A stretch of DNA of 64,000 bases from Alphaproteobacteria bacterium (GTDB lineage Bacteria > Pseudomonadota > Alphaproteobacteria > SHVV01). Where the stretch lies: positions 800,001 to 864,000 of the forward strand of contig OZ253470.1 in assembly GCA_965261735.1 (NCBI GenBank), given 5' to 3'. Every line of letters begins with the position of its first letter. The stretch's first letter is position 1. A model generated the notes under the pieces. That model worked only from the letters and a program-made list of their open reading frames with translations. It had not been told where the DNA came from and made no database searches. Both the position numbers and the translations under genes were made by a program. Below are positions 10,141-20,005 of the stretch, in pieces.

Positions 10141-10685
10141 GCCGGTTGCTGCGCGTGGCCCGCCGCCGCCGCGGGCCGATAGGGGTCGGCGATACCAAGC
10201 CCCGCGAGGATGTCAACCTCGAGACCCTCCATGCGCCGCGCGCGAGCCGCGCTGTCATGGTCGTAGCCGAGCAGATGCAAGACACCGTGGACCACGAGGT
10301 GCCCGAGGTGGTCGGCGATGCTTATGCCGCGCTCGGGCGCCTCGCGCACGACAGTGCCGTGGGCGAGCACGACGTCACCGAGCAGCACCGGCACGCTCGC
10401 CGGGTCCGGGTCCGGTGGCCTCTTCTCGCCTGGCCCTCCCGCGGTCGGGAACGCGAGCACGTTGGTGGCCCGGTCGGTGCGGCGGTGGTCGCGATTGAGG
10501 CGGCGCACGAAAGCGTCGTCAGCGAGCACGATGCTGACCTCGGCGTCCGCCGGCGCGGCCGCCGCACGGGCCGCCGCTGTGGCCGCCCGGCGGCATAAGG
10601 CGTGCGGTTTCGCGACCGAGCTCCGCCAGTCGCGACACAGGACCGCCACGGCGACACTCGGCGCGCCGGCGCGCTGGCCCCTCAT
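10137..10685 (-). CDS. ybeY: rRNA maturation endoribonuclease YbeY
   Basis: TNVLAFP and HLVVHGVLHLLGYDH motifs. Confidence 0.95.
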   Translation of the reverse strand: MRGQRAGAPSVAVAVLCRDWRSSVAKPHALCRRAATAAARAAAAPADAEVSIVLADDAFVRRLNRDHRRTDRATNVLAFPTAGGPGEKRPPDPDPASVPVLLGDVVLAHGTVVREAPERGISIADHLGHLVVHGVLHLLGYDHDSAARARRMEGLEVDILAGLGIADPYRPAAAAGHAQQPA

Positions 10686-11674
10686 GCGCCCTCCCCCTCG
10701 GCGTCCGCCTCGCGACGGCTCGACTGGTAGGCTTGCAGCACGCGTGTCACCAGGGGATGGCGCACCACGTCGGCGTCGCTGAAATGGACGAACGCGATAC
10801 CATCGACCCCGCGCAGCACGGCGACCGCGTCGTGCAGCCCCGAGCGCACCCCCTGCGGCAGGTCGATCTGGGTGAGATCGCCGGTCACCACCATGCGCGA
10901 GTTCTCGCCGAGGCGGGTGAGCAGCATCATCATTTGCCCGGGCGTCGTGTTCTGGGCCTCGTCGAGAATGACGAAAGCGTTCGACAGCGTCCGGCCCCGC
11001 ATGAAGGCCAACGGCGCGACCTCGATCTCGCCGGTCTCGAGGCGCTTGATCGCCTGGTCGGCCGGCATCATGTCGTAGAGGGCGTCGTAGAGCGGCCTCA
11101 GGTAAGGATCGACCTTTTCGCGCATGTCGCCGGGAAGAAAGCCGAGGCGCTCGCCCGCCTCGACGGCGGGACGCGACAGTATGATCCTTTCGGCCTGTCC
11201 GCTGAGGAGCTTGGAGACCGCCACCGCCACCGCAAGATAGGTCTTGCCGGTGCCGGCCGGGCCGAGCCCGAAGACGAGATCGCGCTGCTCGAGCTGACGC
11301 AGGTAGGCGGCCTGGGCCGGCGAGCGCGGCACGACGTCGCGCTTGCGGGTCGAGACGACCGGCATCGCGCGCCCGCCGGAGCCGGGCGCCGGGCCACTCG
11401 CCATGCGGATGGACCCACTGACGTCGCCGGACGTGATCTCGCCGCCCTTCTTGAGTCGGGCGTAGATGTCATCGAAGACGACCTTGGCGGCATTCTGCGC
11501 CCAACTATCGCCGCTGATGGACGCCCTGTTGCCGCGAGTCGCGACCGACACCCCAAGTCCATGCTCGATCAGGGTCACGTGCTGGTGATGCTCGCCAAAC
11601 AGCGCCGTGAGCAGGCTGTTGTCGTCGAATTCGACGACGAGCGGCGCCTCGCGTTTCCTCGCCGCGGCTTTCAA
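10682..11674 (-). CDS. phoH: PhoH-like ATPase
   Basis: GPAGTGKTYLA, RPAVEAGERLGFLPG and ILDEAQN motifs; TTG start assumed. Confidence 0.95.
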   Translation of the reverse strand: MKAAARKREAPLVVEFDDNSLLTALFGEHHQHVTLIEHGLGVSVATRGNRASISGDSWAQNAAKVVFDDIYARLKKGGEITSGDVSGSIRMASGPAPGSGGRAMPVVSTRKRDVVPRSPAQAAYLRQLEQRDLVFGLGPAGTGKTYLAVAVAVSKLLSGQAERIILSRPAVEAGERLGFLPGDMREKVDPYLRPLYDALYDMMPADQAIKRLETGEIEVAPLAFMRGRTLSNAFVILDEAQNTTPGQMMMLLTRLGENSRMVVTGDLTQIDLPQGVRSGLHDAVAVLRGVDGIAFVHFSDADVVRHPLVTRVLQAYQSSRREADAEGEGA

Positions 11675-11687
11675 ACCGCCCCTGTCC

Positions 11688-13064
11688 TCATGCCGCGTCG
11701 GCCCGCCCGCCGGCGCGCCCGGCGCTCGCCAGGGCACCCGAGAGGCTGTTGGCGAGCGCGGCCTCGATGCGCACCGCCACGATCTCGCCGATCAGGTCGT
11801 GGGGGGCAAGGGCGTGAACCGCCTGCAGATAGGGGCTGCGGCCAACGAGCTGGCCGGGCCGCCGCCCGGGTCGTTCGAACAGAACCGGGAGCACGATGCC
11901 GACGCTGCGCCGATTGAAGGCCTGCTGCCCCTCGTCGAGGAGCGCCTGCAGCGCGCTCAGTCTCTCGGCCTTGACCGTGTCCGCAACCTGATCGCGACGC
12001 TCGGCCGCGGGCGTGCCCGGCCGCGGGCTATACTTGAAGGAGAAGCCGTGAGCGAACCCGACCTCGGTGACGAGCGCGAGGGTCGCCCGGAAATCGGCGT
12101 CGCTTTCGCCGGGGTAGCCGACGATGAAATCCGAGGACAGCGCTAGGTCGGGCCGCGCCGCGCGGAGCCGATCGACGCCGCGGCGATAGTCGTCGGCGCT
12201 GTGCCGGCGGTTCATGTCGGCCAGCACCGAATCCGAGCCCGACTGAACCGGCAGGTGGATGAAGGGCATGAGGGCGGGCACGTCACGATGGGCGCTGATC
12301 AGCTCGTCGTCGACGTCGCTCGGGTGGGAGGTCGTGTAGCGCAGCCGCGCAAGGCCCTCGATCGCGGCGAGCCGCCGGATGAGCGCGCCGAGCGAGGCCG
12401 GGGTGCCGTCCTCGCCGGCGCCGTGATAGGCGTTGACGTTCTGCCCCAAGAGGGTGATCTCGCGCGCGCCGGCACCGACCAGGCGCTCGGCCTCGGCATA
12501 GACCTCGGCGACCGGGCGCGAATACTCGGCGCCCCGCGTGTAGGGGACCACGCAGAAGGTGCAGAACCTGTCGCAGCCCTCCTGAACCGTGAGAAAGGCG
12601 CTCGTCCCCGGCGCCCGAGCCTCCTCGGGCAGGCTGTCGAACTTGACCTCGGCCGGGAAGTCCGTCGCGACGATGCCGTGGTCGCGCCCCTTTGCACCGT
12701 GCGCGCGAGCCACCAGCTCGTCGAGGCGGTGGTAGGTCTGGGGCCCGAAGACGATATCAACACAGCGCGCGCGCGCGAGGATCTCGGCGCCCTCGGCCTG
12801 GCCGACGCAACCGCCGACGGCGATCAGCAGGCCCTCGCCGCGGCGCTGCCGGGCCGCCTTCAACTGGCCCAGGCGGCCGAGCTCCGAATACATCTTTTCG
12901 GCCGCCTTCTCCCTGATGTGGCAGGTGTTGAGGATGACCAGATCGGCGTCGTCGGCGCCGGCGGCCGCGCCATAGCCGCTCGGCGCCAAGACGTCCGCCA
13001 TGCGGGCGGAGTCGTAGACGTTCATCTGACAGCCGTAGGTTTTTATGAAGAGCTTTTTGGCCAA
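11688..13064 (-). CDS. miaB: tRNA-2-methylthio-N6-dimethylallyladenosine synthase
   Basis: [11 protein letters not shown] motif, radical [12 protein letters not shown]-terminal TRAM domain. Confidence 0.97.
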   Translation of the reverse strand: MAKKLFIKTYGCQMNVYDSARMADVLAPSGYGAAAGADDADLVILNTCHIREKAAEKMYSELGRLGQLKAARQRRGEGLLIAVGGCVGQAEGAEILARARCVDIVFGPQTYHRLDELVARAHGAKGRDHGIVATDFPAEVKFDSLPEEARAPGTSAFLTVQEGCDRFCTFCVVPYTRGAEYSRPVAEVYAEAERLVGAGAREITLLGQNVNAYHGAGEDGTPASLGALIRRLAAIEGLARLRYTTSHPSDVDDELISAHRDVPALMPFIHLPVQSGSDSVLADMNRRHSADDYRRGVDRLRAARPDLALSSDFIVGYPGESDADFRATLALVTEVGFAHGFSFKYSPRPGTPAAERRDQVADTVKAERLSALQALLDEGQQAFNRRSVGIVLPVLFERPGRRPGQLVGRSPYLQAVHALAPHDLIGEIVAVRIEAALANSLSGALASAGRAGGRADAA

Positions 13065-13167
13065 TGGCCCTCTATGCCCCCAATAAGGCGGTGGGGGCGA
13101 CCGCACCACGTCTCATCCCGATGTTGTCAGGCGAGCCAAAAAAACACTAGCAGCTAGCCGCATTGAG

Positions 13168-14028
13168 TCAAGGATGCTGCCGGTTTGGCGCCGTCTGAGC
13201 GGCTCCGGCGCCGCGCTCGGCGCACTCACGCAGGTCCGCGCCGAGCGCGGGCGGTGGGCGACGCGCCAGCGCCCAGGACAACCCCTCCGCGACCACGCCC
13301 CGGCAGTGCTCGGCGAGCGCCTTGCGCGAGGCAAAGGCATTGAACGTCACCGGTTCATGGAAGATCACCGTCACGGTCGATGGTCCGAGGCCGAGGACGC
13401 GCCATAGGTGGGCGCCGAGCGGCATGTTGCCGTACCAGGTGAAGTAGGGACGCAGATGCCGCCCGAGCGGCATGAAGTCGAGCCGCGTATAGGCCACGGT
13501 GACCGGCTGGACGACCAGGGCCCGGTCGTCAATCGGTCGTTGGGCCACGGCGAAAAGGGCGCTCTTGAAAGGCAGGACGTGATTGCCGTCGCCGCTCGTC
13601 CCCTCGGGAAACAGGATGAGGCTGTCGCCATCCTCGAGCCGGGCGGAGATTTCGTCGCGGTGGCTGGCGGCGTGGCGCGGCAGGCGCTCGATGAAGATCG
13701 AGCGCTGCAGCTTGGCGAGAAGGCCGAAGAAGGGCCAACCCGCCACCTCGTGCTTGGCGATGAAGGATCCCGGGATGAGCTTGGCGAGGACGGTGATGTC
13801 GATCCAGGAGGAGTGATTGGCGACGTACAGGATGGGTGTCTGCCTAGCCTGCTGCCCCCAAATCTCGACCTCGAGGCCGAGGAGGGAGCAAATACCGCGG
13901 TGATAAAGCAGCGGGATGCGCGTCGCCAGCGGCCGGTAGACCGTGAGCCCTGCGATCTGCGCCGGCAGCAGCAGCAGAGTCCAGCAGGCGATGGCGATGA
14001 TCTTAAGAACGGCGCGAACGGCTGCCAC
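13168..14028 (-). CDS. Lysophospholipid/lyso-ornithine lipid acyltransferase (PlsC/OlsA-like)
   Basis: NHSSWID and LFPEGTS motifs; position between fur and miaB. Confidence 0.85.
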   Translation of the reverse strand: MAAVRAVLKIIAIACWTLLLLPAQIAGLTVYRPLATRIPLLYHRGICSLLGLEVEIWGQQARQTPILYVANHSSWIDITVLAKLIPGSFIAKHEVAGWPFFGLLAKLQRSIFIERLPRHAASHRDEISARLEDGDSLILFPEGTSGDGNHVLPFKSALFAVAQRPIDDRALVVQPVTVAYTRLDFMPLGRHLRPYFTWYGNMPLGAHLWRVLGLGPSTVTVIFHEPVTFNAFASRKALAEHCRGVVAEGLSWALARRPPPALGADLRECAERGAGAAQTAPNRQHP

Positions 14029-14083
14029 GATCGGACCTGTGCAGCTCCGCTTGTCTAACGGTCGCCGCGGCGGTGCTGCCGGC

Positions 14084-14512
14084 TCACCCTTCGCCGTCTC
14101 TTTTGTTGTCGAGGGCGACGCCGTACAGCTCGAGCCGATGATCGACGATTCGATAGCCGAGTCGACGAGCAACGCGGCGCTGCAACTCTTCGATCTCGGA
14201 GTCTTGAAACTCTATGACGTGACCTGTTTTCAGGTCGATGAGGTGGTCGTGGTGCTCGTCGGGGACGGTTTCGTACCGCGCGCGGCCGTCGCCGAACTCG
14301 TGCCGCTCGAGAATGCCCGCGTCCTCGAACAGCCGCAGCGTTCGGTAGACCGTGGCGATGCTGATCTTGGGGTCGAGCGCGACCGACCGGCGGTAGACCT
14401 CCTCGACATCGGGGTGATCCTCGGCGGCCGACAGCACCTGAGCGACGATGCGGCGCTGCGCCGTCATCCGCATGCCCTTGTTGACGCACAGCTGCTCGAT
14501 CGTCGCGTTCAT
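14084..14512 (-). CDS. fur: Fur/Mur-family metal-responsive regulator
   Basis: RMTAQRR, DHPDVEE, ATVYRT and HHDHLID motifs. Confidence 0.92.
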   Translation of the reverse strand: MNATIEQLCVNKGMRMTAQRRIVAQVLSAAEDHPDVEEVYRRSVALDPKISIATVYRTLRLFEDAGILERHEFGDGRARYETVPDEHHDHLIDLKTGHVIEFQDSEIEELQRRVARRLGYRIVDHRLELYGVALDNKRDGEG

Positions 14513-14603
14513 GTCGCGCCGGCCCCTTCGATAACCACTCCGCCGCGGCCAGCCTATCGCGTCGACAGCGCGCGTTCCAGCGCCGAACCGAGGTCGCGCG
14601 GGG

Positions 14604-15026
14604 CTAACGGCGGCGGCGCGAACCTCGTTTGGTGCCGAGGCCGATCTTCTTGGCTAAGTCGCTGCGCTGCGAGGCGTAGTTCGGCGCCACCATGGGGTAG
14701 TCGGACGGAAGGCCCCACCGCTCGCGGTACTCGTCCGGCGTCATGTTGTAGCGAGTCTTGAGGTGGCGCTTGAGCATTTTCAGCTTCTTTCCGTCCTCGA
14801 GACAGATGATGAAATCGGGCGTAATCGACTTCTTCACCGCAATTGCCGGTTGGGGCCGCGGCGCCTCGACCGGTGCCGCGCTGTTGCCGACATGCGACAA
14901 CGCGGCGTACACCTGCTGAATCAGCTGAGGCAATTCCGAAACGGCGACCGAGTTGTTGGAGACGTGCGAGGCAACGATATTCGTCGTGAGCGCCAGTAGT
15001 TCGCTCGATTCAGGTTGTTCGCGCAT
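14604..15026 (-). CDS. mucR: Ros/MucR zinc-finger transcriptional regulator
   Basis: ICLEDGKKLKMLKRHL and WGLPSDYPMVAPNY motifs. Confidence 0.95.
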   Translation of the reverse strand: MREQPESSELLALTTNIVASHVSNNSVAVSELPQLIQQVYAALSHVGNSAAPVEAPRPQPAIAVKKSITPDFIICLEDGKKLKMLKRHLKTRYNMTPDEYRERWGLPSDYPMVAPNYASQRSDLAKKIGLGTKRGSRRRR

Positions 15027-15117
15027 AATATGTGATAGCCTCCCAACAAAAGCAGCCGTGTTTATATTATGTGTCCCGGATCGAGGCAACAATTAATGAG
15101 TGCGATAGACAACAGAG
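15027..15117. promoter_or_regulatory. AT-rich divergent promoter region between mucR and tusA (possible MucR autoregulatory site)
   Basis: TTTATATTAT and AACAATTAAT tracts in ~70% GC DNA; MucR/Ros is known to bind AT-rich DNA at its own promoter. Confidence 0.4.
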
Positions 15118-15363
15118 ATGCCCGCGCGTCCCGATCACTACCTTGACATCACTTCCTACGCTTGCCCGATTACGTTCGTCAGAACGAAACTGTTGATCGA
15201 GCGCATGGAATCCGGAGAGATCGCCGAGGTGCGCCTCATGGGTGAGGAACCGCTCGCCAACGTGCCGCGCTCGATCATCGAACAGGGCCACGCGGTCCTG
15301 AGCCTCGAGCCGGAGGATCAATCGGCCGACGGCATATACATCCTAAGGCTGCGTAAGTCTTAG
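15118..15363 (+). CDS. TusA-family sulfur carrier
   Basis: LDITSYACPITFVRTK motif, 81 aa. Confidence 0.88.
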   Translation: MPARPDHYLDITSYACPITFVRTKLLIERMESGEIAEVRLMGEEPLANVPRSIIEQGHAVLSLEPEDQSADGIYILRLRKS

Positions 15364-15388
15364 CGCGACGTCGACCGCTCGAGTCGAT

Positions 15389-16072
15389 TCAGGCCGGTCC
15401 CTTGGCCGTGGTTCGGGGCAACGTGGCATCGGGGCTGCGTAGATAGAGGGGCGCCGGCGCAGTCGGCCCTAGGTGGTCACCCGGGTCGCGCCGGGCCGCG
15501 AGGCGCGCGACCGCTGCGGCGTCGGGCAAACCGGCCCCCAAGTCACGGCGCCATTCCGGGCGGCGCGGCCGCAGCGCCCGCGACACCACCTCGGCGCCGG
15601 TCCCAATGATCAATCCGGGGCCGGCGGGAGCGAGTGCCGCGGCCTCGTCGGGTTGCAGCAGCGCCGGCTCGCCCAGGGCTGCGGCACCGTCGAAGGCCTG
15701 GGCATAGACCGCGTCCCGCTTGGCGTCGAGCGCGACAAGAAGGGCGCCGCCGAACGCGTCTCGCGCGCCCTCCGCGACAGCGGCGAGCGTGGTCACGCCG
15801 ACGAGCGGCACGCCGGTCGCGAGCGCAAGGCCCCGCGCGGCCGCGAGGCCGATACGCACGCCGGTGAAGGTGCCGGGTCCGACGGTGACCGCAAGCAGGT
15901 CCAAACCCGTGAGTTCGATACCGGCTTCCGCCCGGACCTTCTCGATCATCGGCATCAATGCCTCGGCGTGGCCCCTGCCGATGACCTCGAAGCGGCGCGC
16001 CGCCACCTCGCCGTCGCGCAGCAACGCCACCGAGCACGCCGCGAGCGTCGTTTCCAGCGCCAGGACGCGCAT
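15389..16072 (-). CDS. tsaB: tRNA threonylcarbamoyladenosine biosynthesis protein TsaB
   Basis: GHAEALMP, GPGTFTGVRIG and PLYLR motifs. Confidence 0.95.
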   Translation of the reverse strand: MRVLALETTLAACSVALLRDGEVAARRFEVIGRGHAEALMPMIEKVRAEAGIELTGLDLLAVTVGPGTFTGVRIGLAAARGLALATGVPLVGVTTLAAVAEGARDAFGGALLVALDAKRDAVYAQAFDGAAALGEPALLQPDEAAALAPAGPGLIIGTGAEVVSRALRPRRPEWRRDLGAGLPDAAAVARLAARRDPGDHLGPTAPAPLYLRSPDATLPRTTAKGPA

Positions 16073-16127
16073 TACTCGATGCCCCTACGCAAGACTCCGC
16101 CGTCCCTGTTGATCCGGTTCATCGGCA

Positions 16128-17201
16128 ATGCTAACACCGCTCATGCTCGACGATTCTCCTGGCTGGGCGCGCCCACGCGTCGCGCGAGCATTGCTCGCGG
16201 CGGGTCTCGCATTGACGGCGGCGGGCCAGGCGCCCGCGCTGGCGGCGGCCTCGGAGTCGGGCGCCGTAATCTTCATGTACCACCGCTTCGGCGAAGACGA
16301 CATTCCGACCACCAACATTCCCCTCGGCCAATTCACCGCCCACCTCGCCGAACTCACGAGCGGCAAGTACAACGTGATGGCGCTGCCCGACATCATCGCC
16401 GCGTTCCGCGCCCAAACACCGCTCCCGGACCGAACCGTGGCGATCACGATCGACGACGCTTACAGCTCGGTCTACCACGAAGGCTGGCCGCGGCTCCGCG
16501 AGGCGGGGCTCCCCTTTACCCTGTTCGTCGCCACCGACCCGGTCGACAACGGCGTTCCCGGATACATGAGCTGGGATCAGATCCGCGAGCTGCAGCGCGC
16601 CGGCGTGGCCATCGCCAACCATACGACGTCCCATCTTCACATGCCGGCCGCAAGCCCTGAACGCAACGCGGCCGCCGTGCTGCGGGCGAACCGGCGCCTC
16701 CAACAGGAGCTCGGGGTGGCGCCGGACCTGTTCGCCTATCCCTACGGCGAATACAGCCGCGCCATCGTCGACGAGATCCGCAGAGCGGGGTTCGACGCGG
16801 CGTTCGGCCAGCACTCGGGTGTTGCCCACGCGGCCCACGACCTGTTCACGCTGCCGCGCTTTGCGCTAACGGCCTCCTACGGCAGTTTGGCGCGCCTCAA
16901 GCTCGCCGCCAGCGCCCTGCCGCTGCCGGTCGAAGATGTCACGCCGCGCGATCCAATGCTGCGGCAGAACCCGCCGCCGATAGGTTTCACCGTGGCTCCC
17001 GGCATTGAACGCCTCGGCGGGCTCGCGTGTTACGCCTCGAACGAGTCGGTGGCGGCGCATATCGAGCGCCTCGGGCTACATCGGTTCGAGGTCAGGCTGA
17101 GCAAGGCGTTCCGGCCGGGTCGCGGGCGGCTTAACTGCACCCTCGCCGCCGGCAACGGCCGTTGGCGTTGGTTCGGGATACAGTTCTACATCCCGAGGTG
17201 A
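16128..17201 (+). CDS. Secreted polysaccharide deacetylase (CE4/NodB) family protein
   Basis: Signal peptide; MYHRF, ITIDDAY, NHTTSH and FAYPYGE motifs. Confidence 0.88.
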   Translation: MLTPLMLDDSPGWARPRVARALLAAGLALTAAGQAPALAAASESGAVIFMYHRFGEDDIPTTNIPLGQFTAHLAELTSGKYNVMALPDIIAAFRAQTPLPDRTVAITIDDAYSSVYHEGWPRLREAGLPFTLFVATDPVDNGVPGYMSWDQIRELQRAGVAIANHTTSHLHMPAASPERNAAAVLRANRRLQQELGVAPDLFAYPYGEYSRAIVDEIRRAGFDAAFGQHSGVAHAAHDLFTLPRFALTASYGSLARLKLAASALPLPVEDVTPRDPMLRQNPPPIGFTVAPGIERLGGLACYASNESVAAHIERLGLHRFEVRLSKAFRPGRGRLNCTLAAGNGRWRWFGIQFYIPR

Positions 17202-17246
17202 GGGCGCTACGGGGGCCGGGGCCGCCGACGGTCTATGCGCGGCCCT

Positions 17247-18266
17247 TTAAGCCCCTTCCGGCTCGCCCAGCCGGGATTTGTCGAACTCGGTGAGCGAGTT
17301 GGCGCGGATGATCAGGCCGATCGTTTCGATGTAGGCAGCGCCGCGCTCGGAGTAGGTCGCGAGCGTACCGCTCAGCGCCAGTCCGTCGACGTCGCGGCCG
17401 GCCGCGCGCAACGCCGCGCGTTTGGCGCGGAAGGACTTGTAGCCCCAGTGCGTGTTGAGGTTGCGCATATAGACATCGACCGAGTGCTTGAGGCCGTTAA
17501 AGGCCCGGACCTCGTGGAACTTGCCGGGGTCGCGCCGGAGCGGCACGAGGCCGGCGCCCTTGTTGAACGTACGTTGACCAAAAAGGGCGTTGCCCTCGAG
17601 GGCGAAACGCGAGGTGCCCCACCCCGTCTCCTCGGCCGCCTGAGCGATCGCCAGGGACGGCGGCACGATGTCGACGCGCCGCGTCAGCGCACCGATATCG
17701 TCCACCGTGACGCCATAGTCCTCGGCCAACGTCTCGAGCCATTGGCGATCGGCGGCGCTCGCGACGGGCCCCGCGGCCTCGCGACCGACGACCTCGACCA
17801 GTCGGCGGCGCTGCGCCAGGATCTCGGCGTTGGCCTGAAGGATCAGTGGCAGCGCCGACTGGATGAACAGGCGCTTGCGCTGGGTCACCGAGTTGACGAG
17901 GGCAAGGTCCTTGGGCAGGTTGGTCAGAAGTAGGGGCGGCACCGAGCCGCGCCCGTCGCGAACCTCGGCGAGCGAGTAGTTCAACGCGGCGAACTTGTCG
18001 TTCAGGCTTGCGACATCGGTGGCCACCACCGTGATACCGCCGCTCTTGACGGTTACGATCGCTTCCGACGGCGGCGTGATCCACAGCTCGCTGGCGGCGG
18101 CCGCGCCGTTCGCGGCACCGACAGCGAGGGCGAACATGGCCAGAGCCAACCGTTTCACATGGGAATCGGGTATAGTCATGGCGTGCGCGTAAGTCGACAG
18201 GATGAGGTTGGAGGGCTCGGCGCGGGCACGGCGGCGAGCCGGCCGGGCGTCGTTAAGATCGTTCAA
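17247..18266 (-). CDS. Bax-like glucosaminidase (GH73) domain protein
   Basis: VPPSLAIAQAAEETGWGTSRFALEGNALFGQ and NLNTH...Y motifs; start uncertain. Confidence 0.85.
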   Translation of the reverse strand: MNDLNDARPARRRARAEPSNLILSTYAHAMTIPDSHVKRLALAMFALAVGAANGAAAASELWITPPSEAIVTVKSGGITVVATDVASLNDKFAALNYSLAEVRDGRGSVPPLLLTNLPKDLALVNSVTQRKRLFIQSALPLILQANAEILAQRRRLVEVVGREAAGPVASAADRQWLETLAEDYGVTVDDIGALTRRVDIVPPSLAIAQAAEETGWGTSRFALEGNALFGQRTFNKGAGLVPLRRDPGKFHEVRAFNGLKHSVDVYMRNLNTHWGYKSFRAKRAALRAAGRDVDGLALSGTLATYSERGAAYIETIGLIIRANSLTEFDKSRLGEPEGA

Positions 18267-18306
18267 AACAGGCCCGAGATCAAGCGCTCTTTTCGCCGCC
18301 CGACGC

Positions 18307-18795
18307 TCAGGTCATGGCGTCGATTTGCTCGATCGTGAGGTTGCCTGGCACCACGGTTACGGGAATGTGCATCGAGCCCGCCAGCTGGTCGGCCAAGGTA
18401 CGCACCAACGGGCCCGGCCCCTCCGAGCCGACGGCCGCCGCGAGCACCAGGACCCAGATGTCGGGGTCCTCATCGATGAGCTTTAGGATCTCGTCGCTCC
18501 ACAGTCCCTCGCGAACAACGAGCTCCGGCATGATGGAGGCGCGGTCGTTGACCTCCTTGGCCAGCCCCTGGAGCAGCCGCTCGGCTTCCGTTCGGGCCTC
18601 CTCGCTCATCCGTTCCTCGACCGCCATCCAGTGCTGGAAGTCGGCGCGGTCGGTGACCCTGAGGAGGGTGACGCCGAAGCCGGTATTGTGGGCGCGCCCG
18701 GAGGCAAACCGCAGCGCCAAGCGGCACTCCGGGGTATCGTCCACGCAGACGAGAAATTTGCGTTTGCGCTCCGGCGGCGGCTTGGCATCGCTCAT
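18307..18795 (-). CDS. Universal stress protein
   Basis: RKFLVCVDDTPEC...IPVTVVPG; conserved next to trpS. Confidence 0.88.
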   Translation of the reverse strand: MSDAKPPPERKRKFLVCVDDTPECRLALRFASGRAHNTGFGVTLLRVTDRADFQHWMAVEERMSEEARTEAERLLQGLAKEVNDRASIMPELVVREGLWSDEILKLIDEDPDIWVLVLAAAVGSEGPGPLVRTLADQLAGSMHIPVTVVPGNLTIEQIDAMT

Positions 18796-18940
18796 GGCAC
18801 GGTCCCGGGGCGAGCAGCTGATCCCCGCACCGCGGCCCCAACCCCCCGGGGCACCACGGCACGCGGCCTATTCTACCAGCAGCGCGGCGTCCGCCCTACA
18901 GCAATGTCCGGGCCCCGCGGCGTGTCCGGCGTGCCCCGCC

Positions 18941-19939
18941 TCAGGGGCGCAGGAAGCCGACGATGTCGTGGGCTTCGCGCAGGGTCGGCTCGGCCATCGC
19001 ACGGGCGCGTTCTGCGCCGTCGCGCAGCACGCGGTCGACGTAGCCCGGATCGTCCATGAGCCGCCTCATTTCGGCGGTGATGGGGGCGAGCGTATCAATG
19101 GCCAGCGCGGTGAGCTCCTCCTTGAAGCGGGAGAAGGGCGAGCCGGCGAAGCGGTGGCATACATCGGCGCGGCTGATATCGGCAAGGGCCGCGAAGATGC
19201 CGACCAGGTTGGCCGCCTCGGGGCGCTCGCGCAGCTCCTCCGTCGCGGCCGGCAACGGATCGGGGTCGGTTTTCGCGCGGCGCACCTTGCGCGCGATCGT
19301 TTCGGGGTCGTCGGTAAGGTTGATGCGCGAGTATTCGGAGGCATCGGACTTGCTCATCTTCACGGACCCGTTGCGCAGGCTCATCACGCGGGTCGCGGCG
19401 CCGAAGATCAGCGGGTCGACGAGCGGGAAAAAGTCGACGCGGTATTGGCTGTTGAAGGCCTGCGCGATGTCGCGCGCGAGCTCGAGGTGCTGCTTCTGGT
19501 CTTCGCCCACGGGGACGTGGGTCGCTTTATAGAGAAGGATGTCGGCGGCCATCAGGGTGGGATAGGCGTACAGGCCGACATTGGCGTTGTCGCGGTCCTT
19601 GCCCGCCTTCTCCTTGAACTGGGTCATGCGGTTGAGCCAGCCGAGACGGGCGACGCAATTGAGAATCCAAGCGAGGTCGGCATGCGCCTCGACCTGGCTC
19701 TGGTTGAAGATGATGCTGGTCGTGCCGTCGATGCCCGCGGCGAGCAGGCTCGCCGCCGCCTCGCGCGTGTTGGCGCGCAGCTCCGCCGGGTCCTGCGGCA
19801 CCGTGATCGCGTGCAGATCGACGATACAGTACAGGCAGTCGTAGTCGGCCTGCAGCCGCACCCAGTTGCGGATGGCGCCGAGGTAGTTGCCAATGTGTAG
19901 GTTGCCGGAGGGCTGGATTCCGGAAAAAATGCGTTTCAT
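18941..19939 (-). CDS. trpS: Tryptophanyl-tRNA synthetase
   Basis: [21 protein letters not shown] and KMSKS motifs. Confidence 0.98.
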   Translation of the reverse strand: MKRIFSGIQPSGNLHIGNYLGAIRNWVRLQADYDCLYCIVDLHAITVPQDPAELRANTREAAASLLAAGIDGTTSIIFNQSQVEAHADLAWILNCVARLGWLNRMTQFKEKAGKDRDNANVGLYAYPTLMAADILLYKATHVPVGEDQKQHLELARDIAQAFNSQYRVDFFPLVDPLIFGAATRVMSLRNGSVKMSKSDASEYSRINLTDDPETIARKVRRAKTDPDPLPAATEELRERPEAANLVGIFAALADISRADVCHRFAGSPFSRFKEELTALAIDTLAPITAEMRRLMDDPGYVDRVLRDGAERARAMAEPTLREAHDIVGFLRP

Positions 19940-20005
19940 CGGGGGCCCGGAGAAGTTGGCGCGGCGTTCAAGGACGGCGCGTTATCGCCCCTGGGCGCAT
20001 GCCGG

